A DNA stretch of 39,237 nucleotides from Chlamydiota bacterium (GTDB lineage: Bacteria; Chlamydiota; Chlamydiia; Chlamydiales; VGMA01), in assembly GCA_016866575.1 (NCBI GenBank), contig VGMA01000002.1:1-39237 (forward strand), given 5' to 3'. Both the position numbers and the translations under genes were made by a program. The notes under the pieces are model-generated. The model did no database searches and had not been told where the DNA came from. It saw only the letters and a program-made list of their open reading frames with translations. Below are positions 8,556 through 18,014 of the stretch, in pieces. How positions within the stretch are numbered: position 1 is the first letter of the stretch; the number at the start of each line of letters is the position of its first letter.

Positions 8556-9064
8556 CGTTATCAAATGTTTTGTCCTTTTCGAGAGGACCTTTAGCCTTAT
8601 TATTTCTCATCAACAAAGCCGATGTCCGCACCGGAGCGATTATCCTTGCGATGCTTTCTGACTGCTTTGACGGCTTTTTGGCTAGAAATTACAATAAACC
8701 TACCAAATTCGGCGCAATACTAGATCCTTGCATGGATAAGTTTTTTGTCATGTTCGTTTTGGTGATTTTTGGGCTTGAAGGGAGACTTACATTATTAGAT
8801 GCGCTTTTCATGCTCTCTAGAGATCTCGCGCTCATCCTTTTTGGCCTGTATCTGATTGGTTGCAAAAAACTGAAATCGCACCAATTCTCTTCGCTTAAAA
8901 CAGGTAAAGTAGCCACTACGATTCAATTTTTCACTTTACTTTACCTTTCTCAAGGCAATCCATTTCCAGATTTTTTAAGACCTCTATTTTTGATAGTTGG
9001 GGGCTTTGTTCTAGCAGAATTATTCCTCATACAGTATAGAGATAGGAAACGGAGAACATTATGA
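8549..9064 (+). CDS. pgsA: CDP-alcohol phosphatidyltransferase (PgsA-like)
   Basis: DCFDGFLARNYNKPTKFGAILDPCMDK matches the D-G-x2-A-R-x8-G-x3-D-x3-D motif. Membrane protein. 7-nt overlap with dedA. Confidence 0.85.
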   Translation: MLTLSNVLSFSRGPLALLFLINKADVRTGAIILAMLSDCFDGFLARNYNKPTKFGAILDPCMDKFFVMFVLVIFGLEGRLTLLDALFMLSRDLALILFGLYLIGCKKLKSHQFSSLKTGKVATTIQFFTLLYLSQGNPFPDFLRPLFLIVGGFVLAELFLIQYRDRKRRTL

Positions 9065-10086
9065 ATCTGATTAGAGAATCGCTTTTTTATTCTGCGATGC
9101 GCAGTTTTTTGAAAACTCTCATGGCCGTTATAGGCTTTGCTATTGCCAGTTTTGTCATCTTGATTGCATTTAGCATGTTTAGCTCTCCTTATCGCATTCA
9201 AGATCTCACAAACGTCACCATTCTTCCTGATGAAAATGGCTCTTCGGCCGTATTGGCAAATAATTCGCCTGTCATTTTACAGATAGACATTACAGATGAA
9301 ATCGGCAATCAAAACCTCAATTTCGATATTGTTTCTACCATTTTACACTCTTCAAGAGAAGGGCTCTTTGCTCATGACCGCGTAAAAGCAATTTTGCTTA
9401 ACATCAACTCTCCGGGCGGAACTGTAACTGACTCTGACAATATCTACCGCGCTTTGCTTGCATACAAAGCAAAACACAACGTACCGGTCTATGCATATGT
9501 TCAAGGACTATGCGCATCTGGCGCTTATTACATCTCTTGCGCTGCTGACAAAGTGAGCGCAACACCTACAAGTATTGTAGGATCTGTCGGTGTAATTTTA
9601 GGGCCGCAATTCAACTTTGCAAATTTCATGGACCGCTATGGTGTAAAAGCAAAAATTATCAGTGAAGGGATCAATAAAGCTCCGTTTCTTCCTTTCATCA
9701 AATGGCCCGAAGGGGAAGAAGCAAAAAAAGCAGAGCAGCCCATTCGAGATCTTACAGCATTCTACTATCAGCGCTTTATATCCATTGTGACAAAAGCAAG
9801 ACCGATGCTCAGCGAAAAAGAACTCATAAACAATTACGGCGCGAATATCTTCGCTGCTGAAACAGCAAAAAATTACGGCTATATAGACGAAGCTGATAGC
9901 ACAAGAGAAGAAGTGCTGAAAGAACTTGCTAAAGGGGCTGGAATCGAAGGGCCCTATCAGTGCGTTTCTATGTCTTTAGTGCAGCCGTTTTTTGCCGATG
10001 TCCTCCAGGGAAAGTTTTCTCTCATGAAAATGCTTTTACCTGACCATCGCCCTCCTTATCACCGCTACCTATACTTAATGGAATGA
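9061..10086 (+). CDS. sppA: signal peptide peptidase SppA/SohB (S49 family, 36K type)
   Basis: N-terminal TM segment, then NINSPGGTV and LCASGAYYISCAADKV (catalytic Ser region). ATGA overlap with pgsA. Confidence 0.88.
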   Translation: MNLIRESLFYSAMRSFLKTLMAVIGFAIASFVILIAFSMFSSPYRIQDLTNVTILPDENGSSAVLANNSPVILQIDITDEIGNQNLNFDIVSTILHSSREGLFAHDRVKAILLNINSPGGTVTDSDNIYRALLAYKAKHNVPVYAYVQGLCASGAYYISCAADKVSATPTSIVGSVGVILGPQFNFANFMDRYGVKAKIISEGINKAPFLPFIKWPEGEEAKKAEQPIRDLTAFYYQRFISIVTKARPMLSEKELINNYGANIFAAETAKNYGYIDEADSTREEVLKELAKGAGIEGPYQCVSMSLVQPFFADVLQGKFSLMKMLLPDHRPPYHRYLYLME

Positions 10087-12707
10087 AAAATCTCTTTGTT
10101 ATTGATGCCGTTGGTTATCTTTTTAGATCCTATTTCGCGATCAAAAAGATGACAAGCCCTGAAGGAAAATCGACGAATGCGCTCTACGGGTTCATTCGTT
10201 CGATTCAAAAATTGATGAAAGACTTCTCACCGAGCCACATGGTCGCAGTCTTCGATGGACCGGGAAATAAAAATTCAAGAACCGCCATTTATCAAGACTA
10301 CAAAGCGCATCGCGAAGGGATGCCGGAAGATCTGATCTATCAACTTGCATGGGCGCATCAATTTTGTGAATATGCCGGCATACCCATGCTGTCTGTTCCT
10401 GGAGTAGAAGCAGACGATACCATGGGAAGCATTGCGAAATGGGCAGAAAAAAATGGCTCTAAAGTTTTTTTATGCTCTAGCGATAAAGATTTGTGCCAGC
10501 TTGTAAACGACCATGTTGTTCTTTTGCAAACCTTTAAAGACAACTTGATAGTCGATAGCCAAAAAGTAGAAGAAATTTATGGTGTACTCCCCTCGCAAAT
10601 CATCGATTTACTAGCGATTATGGGAGATACTTCTGACAACATTCCCGGCGTATCGGGAATGGGGCCAAAAACTGCACAAAAGCTTTTAGAAGAGCATGGA
10701 TCATTGCACAATCTTCTTCTTCATCCAGAAAAAATCAAAAACGGATCGTGGCAAAAAAAGCTCATTGAGCAAAAAGAAAACGCTCTCATCAGTCAAAAAT
10801 TAGCAACTCTTCAGCTAGATGTCCCCTTCCCTCAAGATTGCTCGTTTTTTTGTTTAAAAGATGGTAATCGAGAAAAACTTAAAGAATTTTACCAAGGCTT
10901 TCATTTTCTCACCCTTTTGAAGGAAATGGAGCCGGTTCGGGGCCCCTCAACGACAAAATACACTATTCTTGACGATGAAGAGAGTTTAAAAAAGCAGATC
11001 AAAAAATGGGAAAAGGCTTCTCTTCTTTGCATCGATACTGAGACCGACAAGCTTTGTCCAATGACAGCCGACTTAGTTGGTATTGGTCTTGCTGAAAATG
11101 AAGAAGAGATTTTCTACATCCCTTGCCAGAGCAAGCTAGGTAAAGAAAACGTTCTCAATCTGCTGCGACCTCTTTTAGAATCTAAGCTTTGGATCGGTCA
11201 CAATATCAAATACGACATGCATGTTTTGATGAACCAAAAGATTCAGATCCAGCCAGGTTTTGATACACTGATTGCTTCGTATCTACTGCACTCTGATCGC
11301 AATCAGCATAACTTAGATCAGCTTTCCTTAGAATTTTTTGACAAAGTTAAAATCCCCATAACGGATTTGATCGGATCGGGGAAAAAAGAAATTTCCATGT
11401 TGGATGTGGAAATTGAAAAAGTTGCTGCTTACTGCGCTGAAGATGTTGAGTACACCCTTAAACTGAAAAATCTTTTTAGTGAAAAACTCAAAGAACGAGG
11501 GCTTAGCGATCTTTTTTACACCATCGAAATGCCTTTGATCACAACGCTTTTTATGATGGAGCGTCATGGCATCTACCTCAATGAAGAAAAGCTTTTGGTT
11601 ATGGCTAAAGATTTTGGTGCTAAACTCCATGAAGTAGAAGAGAAGATCTACATGATGGCAGGAGAAAGATTCAATATCAATTCCCCTAAACAGCTTAGCC
11701 ACATTCTTTTCACAAAACTTGCTATTCCTAAAGGGAAAACCGCTTCGACAAGTGCAGATGTGCTTGCTTCACTTCAAGCAAATCACCCTATAGCAGAAAA
11801 AATACTAGAATATCGAGCTATGGAAAAGCTTCGCTCTACCTACATCGAAGCGCTGCCTAAACAGATCAACGTACAGACAAAAAGAATCCACTGCACTTTT
11901 AATCAATCAGGAACTGCTACAGGAAGGTTATCTAGCAATAACCCGAACCTCCAAAACATCCCTGTAAGAACTGATAACGGAAGAAAAATTAGAGAAGCGT
12001 TCGAGCCTGCTAAAGGATCTTTATTTCTTAGTGCCGACTACTCGCAGATCGAATTGAGAATTTTAGCCCATCTTTCAAACGATCCTACCTTGATTGATGC
12101 CTTTTCTCGCAAAGTGGATATCCATACCGATACAGCCGCTAAAATCTTCCATGTGAACATTGATCAAGTAACAAAAGAGATGCGAAACCAGGCAAAAGCG
12201 GTCAATTTTGGCATCATCTATGGGCAAGGGTCGTATGGCTTATCGCAAACGATCGGCATTGAAGTAAAAGAAGCTGCCAAATTCATTGAAGCCTACTTTC
12301 GCCACTACCCAAAAGTAAAAGAATTTATTGAAACATGTCAAAAAGAGGCTGAAGAAAAAGGGTACACCTCTACGATCATGCACCGCCAAAGGCTTGTTCC
12401 CGATATCCACAGCAAAAATGCGATGATTCGCCAAGCAGCTTTGAGAATCAGCGTTAATGCACCAATCCAGGGCAGTCAATCTGATCTGATGAAGCTGGCT
12501 ATGCTGAGAATTGATCAAAAACTTTTAGAAAATCAGCTATCTTCTTTTATGGTTTTGCAGATCCATGACGAGGTAATTTTAGAGTGCAAAGAGGAGGAAA
12601 TCGAGATCTGTAAAAAAATTGTTAGAGAGTGCATGGAAAGTGTTGCCACGCTCCAAGTCCCCCTTGAGGTGGATATTTCGATTGGAAAAAATTGGGGAGA
12701 GTGTTAA
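10083..12707 (+). CDS. polA: DNA polymerase I
   Basis: 874 aa. 5' nuclease domain (DNIPGVSGMGPKTA), 3'-5' exonuclease-like domain (IDTETD), and polymerase motifs A (LSADYSQIELRILAH), B (RNQAKAVNFGIIYG) and C (LQIHDEV). ATGA overlap with sppA. Confidence 0.97.
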   Translation: MKNLFVIDAVGYLFRSYFAIKKMTSPEGKSTNALYGFIRSIQKLMKDFSPSHMVAVFDGPGNKNSRTAIYQDYKAHREGMPEDLIYQLAWAHQFCEYAGIPMLSVPGVEADDTMGSIAKWAEKNGSKVFLCSSDKDLCQLVNDHVVLLQTFKDNLIVDSQKVEEIYGVLPSQIIDLLAIMGDTSDNIPGVSGMGPKTAQKLLEEHGSLHNLLLHPEKIKNGSWQKKLIEQKENALISQKLATLQLDVPFPQDCSFFCLKDGNREKLKEFYQGFHFLTLLKEMEPVRGPSTTKYTILDDEESLKKQIKKWEKASLLCIDTETDKLCPMTADLVGIGLAENEEEIFYIPCQSKLGKENVLNLLRPLLESKLWIGHNIKYDMHVLMNQKIQIQPGFDTLIASYLLHSDRNQHNLDQLSLEFFDKVKIPITDLIGSGKKEISMLDVEIEKVAAYCAEDVEYTLKLKNLFSEKLKERGLSDLFYTIEMPLITTLFMMERHGIYLNEEKLLVMAKDFGAKLHEVEEKIYMMAGERFNINSPKQLSHILFTKLAIPKGKTASTSADVLASLQANHPIAEKILEYRAMEKLRSTYIEALPKQINVQTKRIHCTFNQSGTATGRLSSNNPNLQNIPVRTDNGRKIREAFEPAKGSLFLSADYSQIELRILAHLSNDPTLIDAFSRKVDIHTDTAAKIFHVNIDQVTKEMRNQAKAVNFGIIYGQGSYGLSQTIGIEVKEAAKFIEAYFRHYPKVKEFIETCQKEAEEKGYTSTIMHRQRLVPDIHSKNAMIRQAALRISVNAPIQGSQSDLMKLAMLRIDQKLLENQLSSFMVLQIHDEVILECKEEEIEICKKIVRECMESVATLQVPLEVDISIGKNWGEC

Positions 12708-13293
12708 AATTCTAAAGGTAGCAGTTACTGGAAGTGTAGCTTCTGGCAAAAGTACTGTTTGCCGGTTCTTTAAACAACATGGCGCATATACCATAGATGC
12801 AGACGCCGTCGTTCACAACTTAATCTCGAGTGATACCGAGTGTATTCAAAAAATCACCCAACTTTTAGGAAATCAGGTGCTTGTCCAAGGACAAATTCGC
12901 CGCGACATCGTAGCTAGTATGGTATTTAACGACTCTTCAAGACTTCAAAAACTCCAGCAAATCCTCCATCCGAAAGTCTTCGCCAAAATCGAGCAAGAAT
13001 ATGAAAATGTAAAAGGGCAAACAGATCTATTTGTTGCTGAAGTCCCCTTACTCTTTGAAAGCGGATTTGATCAATTTTTTGACTATACCGTTGTTGTAGA
13101 AGCTCCTAGAGATATCTGCCTTGAAAGAGCTCATGCCAAAGGGATGAATGAAAAAGAGTACGATCAAAGAATGTCTAAACGACTTTCTTTGGATGTAATG
13201 AAAGAAAAAGCTGATTTTATTATCCACAATCAAGGCACGCTTGAAAGTGTAGAGAAGCAAGTAAAAACCATTATTAACAAATTCAGGAGTTAG
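12682..13293 (+). CDS. coaE: dephospho-CoA kinase
   Basis: P-loop [13 protein letters not shown], then ADAVVH and EVPLLFESG. The start is uncertain. The ORF-track ATG 12619 overlaps polA by 89 nt. TTG 12682 would give [17 protein letters not shown], with the usual short N-terminus. Confidence 0.85.
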   Translation: MEKIGESVKILKVAVTGSVASGKSTVCRFFKQHGAYTIDADAVVHNLISSDTECIQKITQLLGNQVLVQGQIRRDIVASMVFNDSSRLQKLQQILHPKVFAKIEQEYENVKGQTDLFVAEVPLLFESGFDQFFDYTVVVEAPRDICLERAHAKGMNEKEYDQRMSKRLSLDVMKEKADFIIHNQGTLESVEKQVKTIINKFRS

Positions 13294-13301
13294 TTCTCGC
13301 C

Positions 13302-14735
13302 ATGAATAAAGAAGATACGCATGTCGAAAATCCGATGCCGAGAAAACCAATGCATCACCCAAGACACCACCACCAACACCACCACAGAAGATCCCAAGAA
13401 GAATACACACAAAGCGAAGATCAAGAACTAGCTCAAGAAAACTCCCCATTACCTTCAGAAGAGCAGCAAAGAGATCTGCCTATCACTAAAATCGCTGATC
13501 TTCAGCGCATGAACATCGATCAATTAAGCCTTTTGGCAAAAAATCTCGGCGTAAAAAACACAAGCTCTCTATCTAAAGCACAAATCGTTTTTGATCTTGT
13601 CAAGGCGATTTCAGAGCGTGGCAATGAGATTCTTGTAGGCGAAGGGATTTTAGAAGTTCTTCCTGATGGATTTGGATTTTTACGCTCTCCTAATTACAGC
13701 TACCTCCCCTCTCCTGAAGATATCTACGTATCTCCAGCACAGATCCGCCGTTTTGATCTCAAAAAGGGAGATAAAGTTTATGGAGCAATCCGCTCTCCTA
13801 AAGAAAAAGAAAAGTATTTTGCTCTACTGAAAGTAGATAGAATCAATGATTTAACCCCCGATCAAGTCAAAGATAGAATTGCTTTTGAAAACTTGACTCC
13901 TTTACATCCTGATAAACGTTTTATCATGGAAGGATCGTCAGATCAGTATGCAATGCGTGTTTTAGACCTCGTTTCTCCTATTGGTAAAGGGCAAAGAGCT
14001 CTCATTGTTGCTCCTCCAAAGTCTGGTAAAACGATTTTGATGCAAAACATCGCTAACTCGATTGCAAGAAACAGCCCTGAAGCGGTCTTGATCGTCCTTT
14101 TGATCGATGAAAGACCTGAAGAGGTAACAGATATGCAGAGGATGGTCAAAGGAGAAGTAGTTTCTTCTACATTTGATGAACCTCCAGAAAGGCACGTCCA
14201 AGTAGCTGAGATGGCGATTGAAAGAGCAAAACGACTTGTTGAACAAGGTAAAGATGTCGTCATCTTACTTGACTCTCTAACCCGTCTTGCAAGAGCTTAC
14301 AACACCGTTCAACCCCATTCAGGCAAAATCCTTACAGGGGGTGTCGATGCTAACTCTCTACACAAACCAAAAAGGTTCTTTGGAGCTGCAAGAAACATCG
14401 AGCATGGCGGCTCTTTAACCATCATAGCAACTGCGATGATCGATACCGGATCGAAGATGGAAGAGGTAATTTACGAAGAGTTCAAAGGAACAGGCAACAT
14501 GGAGCTTGTTCTTGATAGACGCCTAGCAGATAGAAGAATATTCCCTGCAGTCGATGTGATCAAAAGCGGAACGCGTAAAGAAGAGCTTCTTTACCACCCA
14601 AGCGAGCATGAGAAGATCTACATTCTACGTCAAGCAATCGCTGACCTCTCCCCTCTTGATGCGATGAACCTCTTGCTTTCTCGCCTCAAAAAAACCAAAT
14701 CGAATGCAGAATTTTTGCTGACAATGAAAGATTAG
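13302..14735 (+). CDS. rho: transcription termination factor Rho with about 58-aa His/acidic N-terminal extension
   Basis: Rho N-terminal/CSD region ([26 protein letters not shown]), Walker A (APPKSGKT), [10 protein letters not shown] and SGTRKEELL. Residues 1-58 have no counterpart in canonical Rho. Confidence 0.96.
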   Translation: MNKEDTHVENPMPRKPMHHPRHHHQHHHRRSQEEYTQSEDQELAQENSPLPSEEQQRDLPITKIADLQRMNIDQLSLLAKNLGVKNTSSLSKAQIVFDLVKAISERGNEILVGEGILEVLPDGFGFLRSPNYSYLPSPEDIYVSPAQIRRFDLKKGDKVYGAIRSPKEKEKYFALLKVDRINDLTPDQVKDRIAFENLTPLHPDKRFIMEGSSDQYAMRVLDLVSPIGKGQRALIVAPPKSGKTILMQNIANSIARNSPEAVLIVLLIDERPEEVTDMQRMVKGEVVSSTFDEPPERHVQVAEMAIERAKRLVEQGKDVVILLDSLTRLARAYNTVQPHSGKILTGGVDANSLHKPKRFFGAARNIEHGGSLTIIATAMIDTGSKMEEVIYEEFKGTGNMELVLDRRLADRRIFPAVDVIKSGTRKEELLYHPSEHEKIYILRQAIADLSPLDAMNLLLSRLKKTKSNAEFLLTMKD

Positions 14736-14752
14736 TAGTTTATAGGTAGGGT

Positions 14753-15991
14753 ATGAACGACCCTACCGTATTAATCATCACCTCATCCGGAGGAGCCGGC
14801 CATTTGCAAGCTGCAAAGGCTGAGGAGCTCCGGATTCTTGAGCTCTATCCAAACGCCAAAATCATCAAACAAGACATCCTCCAGGATTGGGTCAGTAAAC
14901 GGTTTGGAATTTTCTGCAGAGACTCGTGGAACAAAGCTCAGGCTGCAGGCAATGTCTCTCAGCTAGAGCTATTTGTTGATTGTCAACCCTACTTAGAAAA
15001 AATACTCCACTATCCGATCTATAAAGCACTCTTGTCACTACTTATCAAAGAAAAAATTGATAGAATCATTGATACTCAGCCACTCGGAACGCCAGCAATT
15101 ATCAAAGCGATCAAACGGGCTAAGAGAATCTTAAAAAAAGAACTGATCCTTGAAAAAATCATCACCGAACTTCCTACAGAAGAGTCGTCACACTTTTTCC
15201 ATTCCATCAAAAAACTCAAAAACGAAGATAAATCTCTTGTAAAAATCATTACTACAAAACCTCTTACACAAGAAGGGGAGACTGAAAGCTCTTTTTGGCA
15301 AAAACAATGCGGCATCAGTGATGAGCAAATACAATATGAAGAGCTTCCCCTTAGGCCGTCATTTCGAAAATATCAAGCTATAGACAAGCCTTTAGATTTA
15401 GAAATAGATCTTCTGCTTAAAGATAGCGAAGAGAGAAACCTTCTACTAAAAACCCTTAAAAAAGGCTCTGCCTGCTACCAAGAATATAACGATAAAATCA
15501 AAATCTTTATCCATCCTCATGAAAAAGTTTCCGTATTGATGCTAGGAAGCCATCCTGAAGCCAAAGCCTTATTTGATTATGTGAAACTATTTATAGAGAT
15601 TAGCAAGAAAAAGCGCTACAAAGAGCGTAAAGACCTTCTATTTGTCTTTTGCTGCAACTACAAGAACATCCAAAAAAAGATCCAAGATCTCATCTTAAGA
15701 GATTCCCACTACCCCCAATCTCTAACCGTTTTCCCTTTATCTTTTCAAGATGATGAGGTAATAGCCCCGCTTCTTGCAAGAAGTGACGCTACATTTACCC
15801 GCTCAGGCGGTTTAACCTCTATGGAGCTGCTTTCTGTATGCAAAGGGAAGATGTGGATCCATAAATCTGATAAGAGCGAATTAGGGATGCCCCCTTGGGA
15901 AAAAGGGAACGCTCAATACCTTCAAACAAAAAAAGGGGCTGAGTTCATCCACCCCTCAAAATTCGAAGATTGCGCAAAAACATATTTTTAA
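14753..15991 (+). CDS. putative GT-B glycosyltransferase, MGDG-synthase/UgtP/MurG (GT28)-like
   Basis: N-terminal VLIITSSGGAGHLQAAKA resembles UgtP (VLILTANYGNGHVQVAK). IDRIIDTQPLG resembles PDIIINTFPM. C-terminal TRSGGLTSMELL resembles TKPGGITLSEA. The match is by motif memory only. Confidence 0.6.
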   Translation: MNDPTVLIITSSGGAGHLQAAKAEELRILELYPNAKIIKQDILQDWVSKRFGIFCRDSWNKAQAAGNVSQLELFVDCQPYLEKILHYPIYKALLSLLIKEKIDRIIDTQPLGTPAIIKAIKRAKRILKKELILEKIITELPTEESSHFFHSIKKLKNEDKSLVKIITTKPLTQEGETESSFWQKQCGISDEQIQYEELPLRPSFRKYQAIDKPLDLEIDLLLKDSEERNLLLKTLKKGSACYQEYNDKIKIFIHPHEKVSVLMLGSHPEAKALFDYVKLFIEISKKKRYKERKDLLFVFCCNYKNIQKKIQDLILRDSHYPQSLTVFPLSFQDDEVIAPLLARSDATFTRSGGLTSMELLSVCKGKMWIHKSDKSELGMPPWEKGNAQYLQTKKGAEFIHPSKFEDCAKTYF

Positions 15992-16128
15992 TTCTCTTCT
16001 ATTTTTCCCCATTTTCACTCTTTAAAAAAATCTTTTACATCTAACAGTTAATAATTTATGTTTATAATAATAATATATTTCATTTATAATATACGTTATT
16101 AAAAAATAATAAAAACGGAGATTTTAAT

Positions 16129-16650
16129 ATGATTAATGCAGGATCAATGAGAGAACCATCTGTTATGTACCCGAACGCAGAGGATTTTGACTCAGAATTT
16201 CTTACTCTAGATGAAGTCGAACAAAAGCCGGCTCTTTGGGATCATGTCACTACCTTCATGCAAAACAACTCTTTTGCGATGAAAGCTTTAATGATTACAG
16301 GTATCGCTCTAACCATCCTAGGAACTCTGGGATTGATTGCAATGGCTCCCATGGTAGGGATCCCGCTAGCCGTTGTCCTTACCCTAGTTACCTTGAACTT
16401 CTTGATGATGATACCGCAAACTTATACCCTAACAAATTATGACACCGTATTTCCTAAAGATCGCATCATCCAAGAGATGCCAAAAGGAAACCAAAGCTCT
16501 CCTTTTGATGACCGCTTCAGCACTAGTAGCTTTGGCAGTAGAAATCAGGATCAAGATATCATGAGCACTTTTGTGCCCCCTCCCTCAACCGAAAAAGTAG
16601 AACTGAAAACTGTGCCTACAAATGGAGTGCCTGGTTGGGGAGATGATTAA
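16129..16650 (+). CDS. hypothetical membrane protein with bilobed hydrophobic domain (Inc-like)
   Basis: 173 aa with a GGAG sequence 8 nt upstream. Residues about 53-95 (nt 16285-16413) read ALMITGIALTILGTLGLIAMAPMVGIPLAVVLTLVTLNFLMMI, two TM helices with a short turn. The termini are hydrophilic. Confidence 0.7.
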   Translation: MINAGSMREPSVMYPNAEDFDSEFLTLDEVEQKPALWDHVTTFMQNNSFAMKALMITGIALTILGTLGLIAMAPMVGIPLAVVLTLVTLNFLMMIPQTYTLTNYDTVFPKDRIIQEMPKGNQSSPFDDRFSTSSFGSRNQDQDIMSTFVPPPSTEKVELKTVPTNGVPGWGDD

Positions 16651-16657
16651 TAAAAAT

Positions 16658-17125
16658 TCAACTTCTTGCTTCAATTAGAGCAAGAACGAATTCTTCCCAG
16701 TTTTGCTCCTTCGCAGCTTTTTCAAGCTTTGCGTGAGGGGCTTTTAAGAAAGAGGCAAATGCAGGTAGAGCTGTTAGAAGTTTTTCTTCTAATAGCTCTT
16801 GTTTTAGACGAGGGGCAATCCCTTTGATAAACCCGCTCCATTTGAAGGAGCTTGAGCGTATAGAGAGCATATGTTTTTGCAAAGAGGGCTCAGAGAACAC
16901 GTAGGCAAGAAACTGCAGAGTCTCTACCCCTTTAAGCTCTTTTCCTAAACCCTCTAAATGAGATTTTTTGAATCCAAGCGCTAATGTGCTCGTAGTGCCC
17001 ATAGTGGAAATCAGCTCTTTTATCACCTTCTGCTTTTCGTGAGGAACAGTTAACTCAAAAGCTGATGAAGACCACAATGGACTTTTGATTGCTAGTAAGC
17101 TCAATAACAAAAATAGCGCTCTCAT
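16658..17125 (-). CDS. secreted hypothetical protein (155 aa), paralogue of the C-terminal half of the upstream gene
   Basis: Signal-peptide-like N-terminus MRALFLLLSLLAIKSPLWSSSA. It aligns over about 135 aa with residues about 170-305 of ORF 17136..18053 (SSxFE, ALG, LQFL, KW..F..G, NW..FV..LI). Confidence 0.7.
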   Translation of the reverse strand: MRALFLLLSLLAIKSPLWSSSAFELTVPHEKQKVIKELISTMGTTSTLALGFKKSHLEGLGKELKGVETLQFLAYVFSEPSLQKHMLSIRSSSFKWSGFIKGIAPRLKQELLEEKLLTALPAFASFLKAPHAKLEKAAKEQNWEEFVLALIEARS

Positions 17126-17135
17126 CGCATTTTCC

Positions 17136-18014
17136 CTAATTGATTAAAATATCTACAAATCCATTCCAGTTATTTCTTAAAGCTGCCTGCTCAAGATCTT
17201 TGAGTAATTCTAATTTACCAAGAAGCTCTGCAAATCCTTCTAACTCATCAGATAAGCGCCCTGCTTCTTTTTCTCTAGCTAGACCTTCGCTGAGCCCATT
17301 CATAAACGCTCTCCACTTGAGAGTACTCTTTTGCATATTTTGCATCCACCCTTTTAACTTTTCTGAGCCTGTGCAAATCACTAGAAATTGTAGCGGTGGA
17401 ACGTGTCTTACGCTATCTCCTAAAGCATTGACCTCTTTTTGTTTCCAAAGAAGCTGCCAGTAGCTATATTCACTCATCGCGTAAAGCAATTTACCGATAT
17501 TTTCTTGATCTGCTTTCGCTACGTTGAATTCAAATGTTGACGATCCCAATTCAAGAGGGCGCATTGCTAATCTTTTTGACAGCTTCTTTGGAGCTTGAAG
17601 TGAAGAGAGCCACTGATAAATTTGTCGTAGTTCAATATTTAACTCTTCGTAAGCGATAAAAAGATAGTCATGAAGCCATCTTTTCGCCTCTGACAATTCT
17701 TCTTGAGAAATAGGATTTTTGCCAAATCCTGCTAATACTTGTTTGGCTTTTTCCATGATAAGTTCAACACTCTCTTCTTTGACAAGAAAGTGGATCGCTG
17801 CTTTAGATTCATCTTGTAGAACAAGGTGTTCGCTCATTCTACCTAGCGTCAATGCCTGCATAAGGGTAGTGAAAACACCGTTTTCTCCTCTTTCAAGAGT
17901 AATATCAATCGTATCAGCATCTATAACCTTGACTTCGATAGCTTCGTACATTCCAGCTGTAAGTGCGCTCAAATAAAAAATTGAACTACACAATGTGACA
18001 AGTACTTTTTTCAC
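17136..18014 (-). CDS. secreted hypothetical protein (about 292 aa) with C-terminal domain shared with 16658..17125
   Basis: ORF 17136..18053. GTG 18014 is preceded by AAGGAG (18021-18026) at 6-nt spacing. That start gives the signal-like N-terminus VKKVLVTLCSSIFYLSALTAG. The ATG at 18053 has no Shine-Dalgarno sequence. Confidence 0.7.
   Translation of the reverse strand: MKKVLVTLCSSIFYLSALTAGMYEAIEVKVIDADTIDITLERGENGVFTTLMQALTLGRMSEHLVLQDESKAAIHFLVKEESVELIMEKAKQVLAGFGKNPISQEELSEAKRWLHDYLFIAYEELNIELRQIYQWLSSLQAPKKLSKRLAMRPLELGSSTFEFNVAKADQENIGKLLYAMSEYSYWQLLWKQKEVNALGDSVRHVPPLQFLVICTGSEKLKGWMQNMQKSTLKWRAFMNGLSEGLAREKEAGRLSDELEGFAELLGKLELLKDLEQAALRNNWNGFVDILIN

Noticed and set aside
16651-16657. 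Only 7 nt separate the convergent genes 16129..16650 and 16658..17125, so I looked for a shared terminator.
   Set aside because: No hairpin or T-run is visible in or around the gap. Termination may be Rho-dependent or lie within coding sequence, and nothing is reportable.
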